A stretch of 63,234 nucleotides of DNA, filler included, from Folioceros fuciformis (GCA_049999805.1; 7 parts of 7 records of this genome joined end to end with filler, not necessarily neighbours in it); one strand, 5' to 3'. Shown: positions 50,265-62,870, counted from the whole stretch's first letter. Numbers and translations are program-made. The notes: generated by a model from the letters alone, not told the origin.

Positions 50265-53200
50265 ATGACGACCGTGTTCCCGCAAGTCACCGCGCGGCTA
50301 AGCGTGGGCCCTGATTCAGCTCCTTCGGAACATCTACTTGACAGAATCATCAGTTTCCTTGGGCAGGTCGTCCATTTCCCCGCTGGCATTGTGCGTGCAG
50401 AATTTCTCGACTTTCAGAAACCTGGAGAGCATTTCTTAGTCAGGATTGTCGTCTTGCAGTCTGAGTTTCCCCAGGAGCTGCACCACGCAACTTTGCAGGG
50501 AGTTTTCAAGTGCCTTAAAAGCTGGTCAAGGACTCTCTTCTTCAACAAACTGTTGGAATCAGGCATTGCGCGTGTTCTGACCAAAGCATACGACGATCTG
50601 TTGCTGAGGGACTACAGCAGAATCGAAGTGCTAAATTCCGTGTTGGAGCTTCTGTATGCCATTAAAGATTTCAGCGAGGTTGCAGCAGGTTCGGACCCGG
50701 TTGATTCCACGGCGGCATGAATGGACGGCGAGTTGGTATCGTGATGCGAAACCGCACGTTCACGTGAGCTCTTCTTTGCAGGGAAGGAAGAATTTGGCAA
50801 GCACTTTGTACCTCGACTCCTCGCCCTCGCTCCTGCTAAATCAGGCTCTGTGAAGCTGCAGCGGGCTGCCATGGGCACACTGTGTGCCCTGATCACCAAG
50901 TGCTCTCCCAATCAGCAATCTTTCCTGCGTTGCTCCGCTGACTGGTTGGTTTTTTATTCCATCACTGGACGCAGCTGCAATGACTAGGGTGGAGCTCTGG
51001 CTCTGGAGCACTTACAGCATCGAATTCTTTACTCATCTACATGAATGTTCACTGAAGTCGGTTGGCAGTTCCTCACAAATTCCAATCTCTCGAAACTGGA
51101 ACTCGTGCAGTCGCAAGTTGTTCCGAGTTGTCCTTCCCAGATGTGGGGATTTCTGTACACAGGCCACCATCTCGGAGATTTTGCTTAGACTTCTCAGAAG
51201 GGCGCCTCACCTCGTTGATCTCCTCGAAGGTGGAGTTTCTACAGCAGCCATGTCCCAGATGCTTCAGTTGAAGAACCCAAAACTCTCAGCTGAGATAAGA
51301 CACTTCGTCTGCGCGATGAATCAGTCCCTGGGGCCTTTGAGAAGGTACGCATGTTTCCACTTTGAATGCTTTGTACCCTCACATTAATTGTTTCTCCAAC
51401 TCCTGATTTGCTAGATCTTTATAGGGTTTACTCGTTCCTGGCACACAAGATTATGGTGAATGGAAACGATCTGTCTCCAGCGGAGGACAGATGGGTTGAC
51501 TTCGGAGACGACCACTTCAGCTTCTATGCTTTGACTATGACCTCTCAGAGAGATGTATTTCTGATGAATGCTAGACACCCCTTCACTCCCTGCCTTCGCT
51601 GCTGGAATTTTGTCAGAACTAGATTTTGTGACGCAGCATTTCTGTAATCGTGTTCTCAGAACGACAATTCTGCTCAGTTGATTGACGTACAGTATCGCGA
51701 AGTTATCGAAATCAATCGTAAGCCCCCTCTTCCCATAGTTGGTTGGGTTATGTGACATGGACGTTCAGCAATGGTTGTTTGTGCACTAGGCCCTGACAAG
51801 ATTCTTAGCATGCTTTAGTCTAAGATGGCTAGTCGAACTGCAACAAGAAACTCCTGCACTTGCAGGACCCTCTGAAACACATCTGGAAATTGTTGCTGCC
51901 TCAAAGATCAATAACCTTGGATTACAGCAGGTGCAGAATCCTGTGTTGAATGTGATAACCTGCTGCTGGTGTCGTCGTTGCTCCAAATTCCTTCCTGGCA
52001 CGGGTGATGCTCTACTTCATGCTTTTGTGCAGGCGCAAGGGTGTTCAGAGTCGTCGCTGATCACGTTCGACCTTAGTGCTGAAGGTAACGCCGACAGTAC
52101 ATTAATCTAAGAAAGATTTTCGTCGTCAGAAGGAAATTGAACCCCTGTGCACGAACGGTAAGAAAATGCTGATCCCTGGCTGCCCGTTTCATCTGTTGGA
52201 CATTGTTGGTACCAGATATCTTTACAGTTTCAGCTTCCCTCATCCCGTTGATAACACAACATAAGAGGAGACTGCAGCAGGTACGAAGTCGTTTTGCACA
52301 GCCGCATTTCAATACGTTGCTTATGTTGACTGGTTAGGACAACGGTGGGAAGCAGGAAGCCCATCCCAGCCAATTATCACATCTGGCATCTGGCTCTTCT
52401 CAAGCTGGTAGGAAAGCTTCATACGGAATAATAATTCCGTTGCCCAAAATGGTGGCTGTGGAAGAGTTTGAAGAGCCCAGACCACTGAAATCTCGCAGTG
52501 TGGGGTCAAGAATCCTTTCGGTACTCCTGGCATCACGCAGTCATGGAAAAACCGGCGCCAGAGAGGTTCATGCCGAACATTCGAGGGCATCCAAATTCCC
52601 CTGTCCCTCCACTCCTGAAAGAGTAGGCGGGCAACTTGCCCTCAGAACCGTCGAATCTGCAGTGGGCGGAGAGAAGAGTGCAGGCGTTCAATTGTCTAAA
52701 ACATCCATGCAGTTATGCACGGCAAGAAGTGCAGGAAATGAAGGGGGACTCTTACGGGAAGACAGGCCCGAGGTTTCCGGCAGGATAGCATCGGCTGTTC
52801 GTACCGTCGAGCCACCGTGTCCAGCAGCGTCAGCAGGTGTGGAGAGAGCTGAAGGTGCATGTCCAAGCGAACCGGCAAGGATGCAGGAGGATAAGGCTCA
52901 GAGTCCAAGCGACCCGGCAAGGATGCAAGAAAGTAAGGTTCAGAGTTCAGACCACAGTCCCGAGCCAATTGAAACTGGTGACCAGCTTGCAGGCTGGTCG
53001 AAACCCAGAAATTCATCACCAGACCTGGAGCCTGCAAATGCTGCCGCCGATATATCATCCTCCAGTAGTCCAGCTGGACCAGGAACAAGCGAGATTCCTA
53101 GGTGTGGTGCAGCGTCTCCTAGTAAGACCACGAAGACCGAAGCTAATGATGAGGACTCGGAGTACGTACCCACACCTAAGAAGAGTTTGCGGCAGCCTCG

Positions 53201-54867
53201 AGGAGGAGGAGATCCTCCCGGGAGGAAGAAGACTAAATGCAAAGTTACCAGAGTGCATCGAAAACCTGGTTTGATACACGCGGACAAAAGGTGTGCCAGG
53301 TCCCGAAAAGGGAAGTCCGAACGACCAGCAGGAGCTTCCAGTGACGAAGCCGGAAGGATGGGCTCTCATATTTCCAGGAAACGAAGGCGGAGCACGGTGC
53401 AAAACCTTGGAGTAAAACGCACCCACTTCTCAACGATCTCGAGATCTCATGTTGGCGTTGGCCAAGTACAAGAAACGGAACAAGCTGAGGTGTTGGGGAA
53501 TGTTTCAGCGACTATCCCCGCAGCCCTGGACGTGACTGCACAGGTTGCTGCATGCAAAAAGCAAAAAGTGCCAGGCACAGAAGGGGTGGGTCACAATGCA
53601 GCCGCTTTCTTACAACGACAGCCAGAGGATCCTTGTACGGCTACGTCAGCTTTCACGACAGTGGCAGACGGGTCTGCCACTGCGAGGAACTTTGGTCGTC
53701 AGAGGCGACGGGCAGGTTGGCCTGACAAGCTAAACCACGCTCCGAACGATGGTACTTGCCTGACAATGTCTCAGGATGGTCTCCCGCATGATACATACCG
53801 CCATGACGACACTCTTTCGTCAAAACCGAACTCCGTATCCGCTCCAGCGCAAACAGTGAGGGCATTGATCGTGTTTTGCAGTCTAGCAACTTACTAGGAC
53901 TGAGGTTCAATGTAGACGTCGTTTGGCACCTTTACCTACAGGCAGCATGATGGTCCATCTGTTGAAGACCACAAGGATTCCGAGACCCCCGAATCAAGTC
54001 CAGTTGATTATTGTCCCGCTGATTGTCAGGAGGCTAATTTTGCATGTTCAATGGAGTATGGCCAAGTACCACGCCCCGCAGCAGGTATCTTTTGCTTCGT
54101 GAACCTGGCTATTTTGTTAGAGAAACTGCTTTATGGAGTGTTCACGAACTGATTGCTCCCCCGCCTGAATTGACAACCAGATTGTATTCGTATCTTTCCG
54201 AGAATCAGGCGAAGATGGTCCACCAAGACTGCTAAGGAGCAAGAGATACCAGCACCTCATTTGGGTAAAAGGGGCAAACTAAAAGGTGGTTGTACTTAAA
54301 GACCGTTTGCTGAAAACCTGAGGCATCCACCTAGCGTTCGCAGCGGTGCCGTGGCTATGGCTTGCTCACATGAGATTATTCTGATATTAAAGCAGAAAAA
54401 ACGAGCATTGAGGTCGAGTATCAGAGCGACGTCGAGGTGGATCATTCTATTGGGTACGTACAAATCACGTTCTTCTGTAGTTGACTGGTGTCAGGAAGCA
54501 TCTCCATCAGCTGTTGAGATCGAAATGGGTTGCAGGTTGTAAATCAATGTCTCATGGTCTACATACAGGGAAATCGAAAGAGTTGCTAATATGGTAAACA
54601 GACTGAAGCAAAAAAGTAGCCTGCTCACCCAACAGAAAATTGCACATATTCTGTGCCAAGTAACTACAAAAGCGCATCTCCAAATCCAACCTCTGGCAAG
54701 TGCCTTTGAGAAAGACAAGTAGGTGATCCCTCCGATAGCATCAATTGTTTACTTCAAGCGTCGGTGCAGGGTTCCTCAGTTGCGAAGTTCACACACCTAT
54801 GCACGCAGTGAGGAGTTGTTGAAGGAAAGTAAGCGTAGATTTGGGCAATTGGAAGATCAGCTTCGAG
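50265..54867 (+). CDS. ASY3: Meiotic chromosome-axis core protein, ASY3/SYCP2 family (ARM-PH N-terminus, closure motif, disordered middle, coiled coil); 3' end lost in the gap, 5' start uncertain
   Basis: In-phase exon chain: 50265-50688, 50782-50944, 51111-51344, 51425-51554, 51660-51717, 51809-51930, 52033-52084, 52216-52280, 52338-53855, 53946-54084, 54181-54264, 54396-54453, 54569-54718, 54809-54867. Motifs GKEEFGKHFVPRLLAL, GDFCTQATISEILLRL, MNQSLGPLRRVYSF, WVDFGDDHFSFY (SYCP2-like); SSQAGRKASYGI and KIAHILCQVTTKAHLQIQ (ASY3-like). Confidence 0.78.
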
Positions 54868-55004
54868 GTAACCCAACGTCAGAAGCTACGAAGATGTTAA
54901 TTATNNNNNNNNNNNNNNNNNNNNNNNNNNNNNNNNNNNNNNNNNNNNTTAATTAATTAANNNNNNNNNNNNNNNNNNNNNNNNNNNNNNNNNNNNNNNN
55001 NNNN

Positions 55005-58000
55005 TATACAGTGATGGAAAAATAGGCAGCTTGCCACCTCTACCTCTGTGTGAAATCCATGTGTTGTTAAAACATCATCAAGCAGCTTTCAAGAACAAAT
55101 CTCCTCACAAAGCTTCCGATGTTCTTGAGCTTGTCCACACTGATATATGTGGGCCATTGTCTCAGCCTTCAATTGGTGGTGGCAGATATTTCCTCACATT
55201 CACTAATGACAAAACCAGGTTTGTCATGGCCTACATCCTACAGGCCAAGAGTGAGTGTTTCTCTTTGTTCAAAGACTATATGAAATATACAGAGAGATGG
55301 ACTGGCAAACAACTAAAAACCCTCCGATCTGACAATGGTGGAGAATTCACATCTAATGAATTCCAAGCCTATTGTGTTGCTGAGGGAATAGGTAGACAAC
55401 TTACAATTGTTTACACACCACAGCAAAATGGTGTTGCTGAGCGCTTGAATCAGACTTTGCAGGAAATGGTTTCCACTATGTTACATCAGGCCTCTCTGCC
55501 ACTTCCGTATTGGGTTGAGGCCCTTATGACAGCTGTGTACTTGCGTAACAGGCTGCCTACCACTGCCGTTGCAGGGCAAACCCCCTATGAGGCCTTCTTT
55601 GGCAGAAAACCAGCTATCTTGCATCTTTGAACCTTTGGTTGCCTTGCTTATGCTTTTGTTCCTAAAGCCAAGCCCACCAAGTTAGCTGCTAAAGCCAAGA
55701 AATATCTCATGATAGGCTATACTGAAGGTATTAAAGCATATAAATTATATGATGTACCTCACAATCAGGTGGCTTATGCCCGCAGTGTGACTTTTGATGA
55801 AACACATTTCTGGTAGACAGTGGGAGCACTTCCCACCTCCCAAGAGGATTTTGACTTGTCTACTCTTTTGGACATCACAGTTTTTCCTGACCTTCCACAT
55901 GAGGAGATTGCTCCTGCAGGGGGGGAAGATAATCAGCAAAATGCTGGACAGGGTGTAGAGCAGGTAGATGAATTAGCAGTACCTGATCTTGCTGCTGACT
56001 TACAGGATCCACCTCCTCATGTTGTTGTTGATCCTGAACCCCTTGTTCCTAATGACGATGATGGTCCTGATCCAGATCCAGATCTTGACCCTGATGACTG
56101 ACATGCCTAAACCTGTGCGTCGTTATCCTTCAAGAGAAAGACGGGCACCAGACTATTATCAGTCTCAAGATTTCAGGATACCCTCTGTACAAGCTATTGC
56201 TCTTGATCCCGTAGAGCCTCAGTCTTATGAAGAAGCCTTAAGTAGCCCTGATGCTGCAGAATGGAAAAAGGCTATTCAGTCTGAATATGATTCATTGATA
56301 AAAAATAGAACATGGGAATTAGCAAACTTACCCCCTGGACGCAAGCCTGTATCTTGCAAGTGGGTTTTTAAACTGAAGGTTAAAGCAGATGGTACCTTTG
56401 ATCGCTATAAAGCTCGGCTAGTTGCCCGAGGCTTCTCTCAAGTGCCAAGTCTAGACTATTTAGAAACATATGCTCCTATTATGAAGTTGGCTACCTTTCG
56501 CACTATATGTGCACTTGCAGCACACTATGATTATGAGTTAGATATGTTTGATGTAAAGACACCTTTCTTACATGGAAAACTGGACACTGAAATATACATG
56601 CAACAACCACCTGGATATGAGGTGAAAGGAAAAGAAGACTATGTCTTACGCCTGATTAAAACCCTGTATGGGTTGAAACAATCTGCCCTTGAGTGGAATG
56701 CTGTTCTTGATGAAGAATTGTGATCCCTAGGTTTTGTTAAATGTGTCTTATATGGAAGCTTATACATTTATAGATCTAAAGCTGTAGTATGTTACTTGGC
56801 TGTATATGTAGATGATCTCATATTGGCCTGTAACAGCCCTACCTTCATCAAAGACATAAACAAGGTGTTATCAACCAAATTTGAGATGACACACCTAGGT
56901 GCTCTACAAAGTTGCCTTGGTATATTGATTCAGCGTGACAGGCTAAAAAGGACTATTTCTTTAACACAGCCACAATACCTGTTAAATAGTGCTGAACAGC
57001 TTGGTTTGAAGAATGCAAAATCATCAGCTACTCCTTTACCTTGTGGACTGAAAATGAGCAAATCAATGTGTCTTGAAACACAAACACAAAAGGATCAAAT
57101 GAGATCAGTACCCTATAGACAAGCTGTAGGAAAAATTATCTATGCTGCAAATACTACAAGACCAGAAGTAGCCTATGCTACAATTGTGCTTTCACAGTAT
57201 CTGGAAAATCCAGGCCAAACACATTGGACAAGTGTTAAAAGAGTTTTCAGATACCTAAAAGGCACTCATAACATTGGCATAAGGTATAGAAATATACCTG
57301 GAGTGCCCTTACAGCTGGATGTCTTCACAAACTCAGATTATGCTGGGGACATAGATACACGAAAATCAGTTTCCGGCTATGTAGTAATGATAGCAGGAGG
57401 ACCAATCTGCTGGTCCAGTAAAAAACAGCCTACTGTGGCTTTATCAAGTATAGAGGCTGAGTATCGTGTACTTACGGCTACTGCAAAGGAAATTGCTTGG
57501 TGTAAGTTGATGTTTAAGGAACTTGGATTCTCACTTCCCACCTACACCACAATAAAACCAAACAATCAAGGATCAATGAGTCTTGCTCACAATCCAGTAT
57601 TTCACTCCAGAACCAAACATGTGGAAGTCGAAGACCACTTCATACGTGACTTGATCAAATCTAGACAGATTGATCTGGAGTATGTGCCAACAGCTGAAAA
57701 CCCAGCAGACATTTTAACTAAGTCCCTAGGAAGGGAACTTCACGAAAAGCACATGAAAGTCCTTGGCATGGGGAGCCATGAAGGCAGCTCCACTGCCATG
57801 TCTAAGACCTAGCCAACCAAGCTAGTCACAACCCCAGTCATTGCTGTCGTCATTGCCTGAATTTCCTGGTGGAGATTGGAATGATCTCCTGCTCTTAGAG
57901 CTCATTGAATCATCATATTTATTCCAGGAATCACAATCCACAGACTTTGAAGAGAAATTCTCATTCTCATCGCGAGGAGAAAACCTTTTCCTCCTCTCTT

Positions 58001-59571
58001 GATAAGAAAGTCTCTCTTTTGTTTCAAGACTGTTCTCTTCTTCCAATCTATCTTCAGACCTTGTTTGAAGAACAGTGGGAGTATGGTTCACAGGCAATCA
58101 ACACAGGTCAACAGGGGGTTAGGACCATTCCAGGTCAAACACAAAGGCAAAGAAATCAGATTGCCTATACTGACTGTTTTTGAAGTGCAGAAGAATAGAT
58201 GAGAGTTGGTGTGAGAACTCACTATAGACGCTGGTAATGTTGAAAGGATCGATAGAGGAGCATGGTGAGGGAGAGGAGAGAAGAAGAGAGGAGGAGAGGA
58301 GAAAGAGAGGTCTCACAGTGTCTCTCACAGCTCTATTGCAAAGGGAGCTCAAGAGGGTATTTATACCCTCTAGAAAAACTCCCAAGGAAGCTTCACAAGA
58401 AGCTCACTCAAGAAGATCCTTGTGTTCCTGACATAGTTGTAGCTCAATTTGTTTCATCACCAATCCAGTAGTGGTGCACTTGTACCAGAGAGGACTTCCA
58501 AGTGTCTCCCAATTGCCAGGGGTTACGATTCTTGAATCTGACATCACACCTGCAGGAATTGGGAACTTGGGCGGAACAAGAGGGCGCTGGTCAGAATCGG
58601 CATACTCAAACTCACCCTGATTGTAGCGCCGTCTTTCCACTGTAGCCTTTGAATGGACTTCTTCACGGGACCTGTCCCTTAGACCTCCCATGGAAGCAGT
58701 CGGCGCTGTGCGGGAGTGAGGCTGTGGTGCAGCCGCTGTAGATTGACCAATCTTGAAGTCTGAAGTCAAGCGGGTATGATGAGAAGATGCAGCAACTGCC
58801 GTCATTGCAGCTGTCTCTGTTGCAGACTCTCGGCCTCTTGCTCCAACCACAGCTCTGTTGGTGCCTTGAAGTCTCCCTCGCGGCTGCCCTGAGCTGCTTG
58901 CCCTAGTCGTGCCCTTTCTCGCTGTTTGTGCAGGTTGATGCCCTCTCGCGCCCTCCACAAAGGCAATTGCTCTAGCTATCGCTACTACGAAGCGCATGAA
59001 CTGATCCCGTTGGTAGATGCGGTGCTTCGCAGGAGACGTGCTTTCCTCAGACCCTAAAGACGCCATAATCTTTGAGGTGTTGAGCCTGTGCCCTATGAGC
59101 CTAGCCGCTATAAGGCATGGGGCGTAAACAAGAGCTACTAGAACAGCGAACTTGTACAGAGCTGACTTCAAACTGTCCCGCTCCATTGGGAGCCTATGCC
59201 ACACAGGGTACACACACACGCTCAAGCAAGAAGCCCAGCTGAACTCACAGCCTCCACAGGCTACTCGCGAAGGAGAAGATTGACCGACCCATAATAATCA
59301 GCAAGTGGGAGTGATGAGAATAGGTGTTGATTTATTAGGGTTTAGTAATGTTAGCATTTATAGTATGTGTGTACAGGGTTATTATGATTATCATTTTATT
59401 ACCCCTTCATTAAGAGTCATGTCCCTTAGTGTAAGGTTATGTCTCTTCACAACAACTTAAGTTGAGTGAGCCACTTTAATAATAGTGCTCTTATTGTAAT
59501 ATTCTTTTGATCAATAATGTAATTGTTTATTATAGCAATTAGTCTACACCAATCCAATCCAATATTTGTCA
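55005..59571 (+). mobile_element. Ty1/Copia element: integrase, RT, RNase H (to 57812), ~1.5 kb extra region, PPT, putative 3' LTR 59312-59571
   Basis: LELVHTDICGP, LRSDNGGEF, PQQNGVAER, YKARLVARG, YVDDL, KHVEVEDHFIR, ADILTK, with a few stops and frameshifts; AAGTGGGAG followed by TGA...TCA. Confidence 0.92.
58404..59186 (-). CDS. Antisense ORF (260 aa) in the Copia 3' internal region, N-terminal hydrophobic helix, function unknown
   Basis: ATG at 59186; MERDSLKSALYKFAVLVALVYAPCLIAARLIGHR followed by an R/A/S/T-rich region; uninterrupted for 260 codons. Confidence 0.5.
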   Translation of the reverse strand: MERDSLKSALYKFAVLVALVYAPCLIAARLIGHRLNTSKIMASLGSEESTSPAKHRIYQRDQFMRFVVAIARAIAFVEGARGHQPAQTARKGTTRASSSGQPRGRLQGTNRAVVGARGRESATETAAMTAVAASSHHTRLTSDFKIGQSTAAAPQPHSRTAPTASMGGLRDRSREEVHSKATVERRRYNQGEFEYADSDQRPLVPPKFPIPAGVMSDSRIVTPGNWETLGSPLWYKCTTTGLVMKQIELQLCQEHKDLLE

Positions 59572-61101
59572 GTAAGGTGAACTGGGGGAGGGTCTTGTAT
59601 GACAAGATGAACAAGGAGAGGTAGAACTTGGCCTCAGCCTCCCCTCGGCCGTCGATGATCTCTCCCTTCCTCGTGCATACTTATTGTTATGCTAACTTAT
59701 TGCCTGAAGTTGAGGTTATAGCTTCATTGCACATGTGGAAGCCACTGAGGGAAGTGAAGTGGAAGCTCGCAGAGCCGAAGGAGGTTGACTCCAGTAGTTG
59801 CGAGTCAGGAGGCACAGATAGCTCAGAGGAGGAAGCCCCCACCAAGTAGAAGAGGAAGGTGGGGACAGGGAAGCGGACTCCTGCTAAGAGGAGAAGGACT
59901 AGTGGGCAGGTCACCAGAAGGGGAAGCGGGACATTGCAACAGGAAGCCGTACCGAAGCAGGCAGAACAAGACCAGGAAACTGTCCAGGAGCCGACGGAGC
60001 AGGGACAGGCCAAGAAGGAGCCAGAGGCACCTCAAGAGCAGGTGCTAGAAATGGAAATGGCCTGAGGTGATGGGCGAGTTAGGGCACGCTCCAAAATAGG
60101 AACCCTTCCCGGGATGGGAAGAAAGTTTTAGAAGGATTCCTTTAGTGGACAGGTTGTAGGCAGGAGACCTGGAGAGGCTGCGAGCGCTGCTGGGGAGATA
60201 GATCACGGACAGGGGGATGGCTTTGGTGGGGGAGTCGCTGGAGGTGGACTTGCCCGGCTTGACTTCAGCAATGGTGCAAGCCCAGGCGGATATGCTGGAC
60301 CAAGCAGCCAGGGTGCTGACCTGGCTGAGTATGCAGGCGGAGAGGGAGGTTGAGGCCTGGGGCAAGGAGGCGGAAGCTTGTGAGAAGGAGGCCAAAGCCT
60401 GGAGAAAGTTGGCGGAGTCCGAGGCGGAACGGTGGCACATGGAAGAAACACAATGAGTCCTGAGCGCGGCTAAGGCATAGGTGGAGGAAGAGGCCCGCCA
60501 GGCGAGAGAAGAGGTGCAGGCGCTGAAGGAGCAGCAGGAGTCACTCCTAGCTCAGGTGAGGGAAGCCCATGGGACTAACCTGGAGATGCAATAGGAGGTA
60601 GCTAGGACTTAGGAGTAGGAAGCGGCCTTGGTGGAGCAAGCCCAGAAGTTGGCCGACAGGTACAACCAAGAGCGGGATGAGGCCAGAGAGCAGGTGAAGG
60701 GGAAGGGCAAAATCAGGCGAGGTAGTCGAGCAATAACGGAGGTAGCCGAAGAGGCTACCGGTAGAAGAGAGACAACGCCGATAGCGGAAGCCCTGACCCC
60801 GGTAGCTAAAGAGGTGCTTGTGGAAGCGCCTGCAACCCAAAGATCTAGACAAGCGACCCGCGACAGGAGGACTAAGCAGAGAGGAGCAATAGCTGGCAGA
60901 TGGAGGATCCTCTAGTACCCCTGGAAAGCAGAGGGCAAGCAGCTCGAGGTAGCCCACGGGAGGAGGGGGTAAGCGCTTCCTTTGCAATAGAGGGTCGGAT
61001 TGTGCTGTAGTATGAGGAGGAGGCTACTTATGTGCTTGGCCTCTATGTGGAAGGAGCCCAAGTTCTGAAGTTGTTTTTATGTGTGCGTGTGGGCTTAGGA
61101 G
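59572..61101 (+). mobile_element. Degenerate TE-like accessory ORF (basic patch plus E/A/Q-rich coiled coil)
   Basis: KRTPAKRRR, then long coiled-coil-like stretches broken by TAG/TGA; no domain recognised. Confidence 0.4.
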
Positions 61102-61346
61102 GGACGCGGGGCTACGGCCTGNNNNNNNNNNNNNNNNNNNNNNNNNNNNNNNNNNNNNNNNNNNNTTAATTAATTAANNNNNNNNNNNNNNNNNNNNNNN
61201 NNNNNNNNNNNNNNNNNNNNNTATAATGGTCATGGTCATGTACTTCGTATGTCTATCAATTAGGGTTTCAAATTCATTTAGGGCATTCATTTTTTAATTT
61301 ATTTTTTCAAATACTTTGAAGTACTTTTTTTAAACCTTTCATATAA

Positions 61347-61348
<2 letters not shown>

Positions 61349-61385
<37 letters not shown>
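61349..61385. repeat. (TA)n microsatellite
   Basis: About 18 TA units. Confidence 0.95.
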
Positions 61386-61387
<2 letters not shown>

Positions 61388-62599
61388 GGTTTAGGGTATA
61401 TATATAGGGCAACCCTAAACTCATGCACCAGTCCCTCGTGATCGCATGCTACTCGAAGGCAAATAAACGACGTAGAATGCATCGGGCTGAATAACATCCC
61501 CTCAAAACGAGTAGCTAGTCTAGTACTAGTCTTGTGATCTCCCGTGAATAGCCACATAACATACGAGGGCAGTGCCTGACATGGTATTGATATTATCAAG
61601 CATGGATGATAAATTTTTTATTATGATGTCAATTTCATGCAAGCATGACAACCCATACATGTTTGAGGGATGTTAAGCGAAAGAAGAAGACGTAGAAGAT
61701 TGAGAAAACTTGATAAATTTGGGTCCAAATAACTGTAATCGATGGTATGTTCGGGCTATTTTTAGGCAACTAATTTTTGGAAGTAATTTGCATGATTTTG
61801 AAAATTTGAAAAACTCTTAGTACTTATAAATAAATAAATAAAAGTATTTTTAGATTAAAAGAAATAGAGATAAATTGTACATTAAAAAAATTTAAGATAA
61901 AAGATTTCATGGAAGATAAAAAAAGAGTCCTTCCATAAGAGAGAGAAACGAATAGGATTGTATAAGATATTGTTTTAGTTTTAAATTTGCATGGATCCGA
62001 ATATTGAAATGAAGTCCTCAACTGCACGACTTGCTATTACATCATGGCGTTGTAGGTTGACGGCATCGCATCTTGCCTTCCTACCGCAGTGCCCTTCATC
62101 GATGATGTCCATATCATTTAATTTCATTTTCTTTGCATTTATGATTTTACGCATATGCCGATGGTTGCGGCAACCCCGTAAAATGCCAGAAGGCTCTTCT
62201 TTTTTTTGTTTTTTTTGTGGTGCCACACTCTCATTTAGATCAATTTTGTTATAATTATTTTTCTTTTATTTTATCATGTAAGAAAAGAAGCGCGATAACC
62301 CGTTGCAACAAAGTCAAGGTGAGCACTTACTTATGCACTTAACCGCATTGCCACAAACTTGAACTTGCATTATGAGACTCTTAAGAACATGAATATATTA
62401 CAAAATCCAAGAGTGAACTATGAAGTGCAAACATGTCAATCACATGTATGTGCATCCGCAATCACACAACACGACATCACACAACACAATATAAAATATG
62501 CAATGTACAAGCTGCACTACGTACTTATGCACCTAACATGGTATACCACAATGTGCCACACAAGGTAGCATAAAATTAATGAACAAAATTGTGTCTTAT

Positions 62600-62682
62600 A
62601 TACTGTGTTAAATATAAACCCTAATCGTTAACTATGTAAGGTTAACTAACCAAGAGTAACAAACTCTAACACCCCCTCTTAA
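62600..62682 (-). mobile_element. PPT and start of a 3' LTR of a minus-strand LTR retrotransposon
   Basis: Minus strand TTAAGAGGGGG-TGTTAG (LTR starts at 62671), nearly identical to the junction of the pol-confirmed Copia at 38562. Confidence 0.65.
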
Positions 62683-62870
62683 CCGAACAGGTTAACGGAA
62701 CGGGGTTCTTAAAAGAACGGGGTTATAGGGTTACGCTCCCGTCATCGCTGTGGTCTTCAGGCGTAAAGGCCAGAACAGGCAAGCGGAGTGTGAGTGACTG
62801 TTGAGCTGAAGACCAGACGATCTCGAGCGTAAGCGAGGAGAACGAGAGCCGTCCAGCTGTGCGGGGAGCC

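Noticed and set aside
61420-62226. Possible Helitron or DNA-transposon ORF (MAPQKKQKKEE…)
   Set aside because: Short, AT-rich and without a diagnostic transposase or helicase motif.
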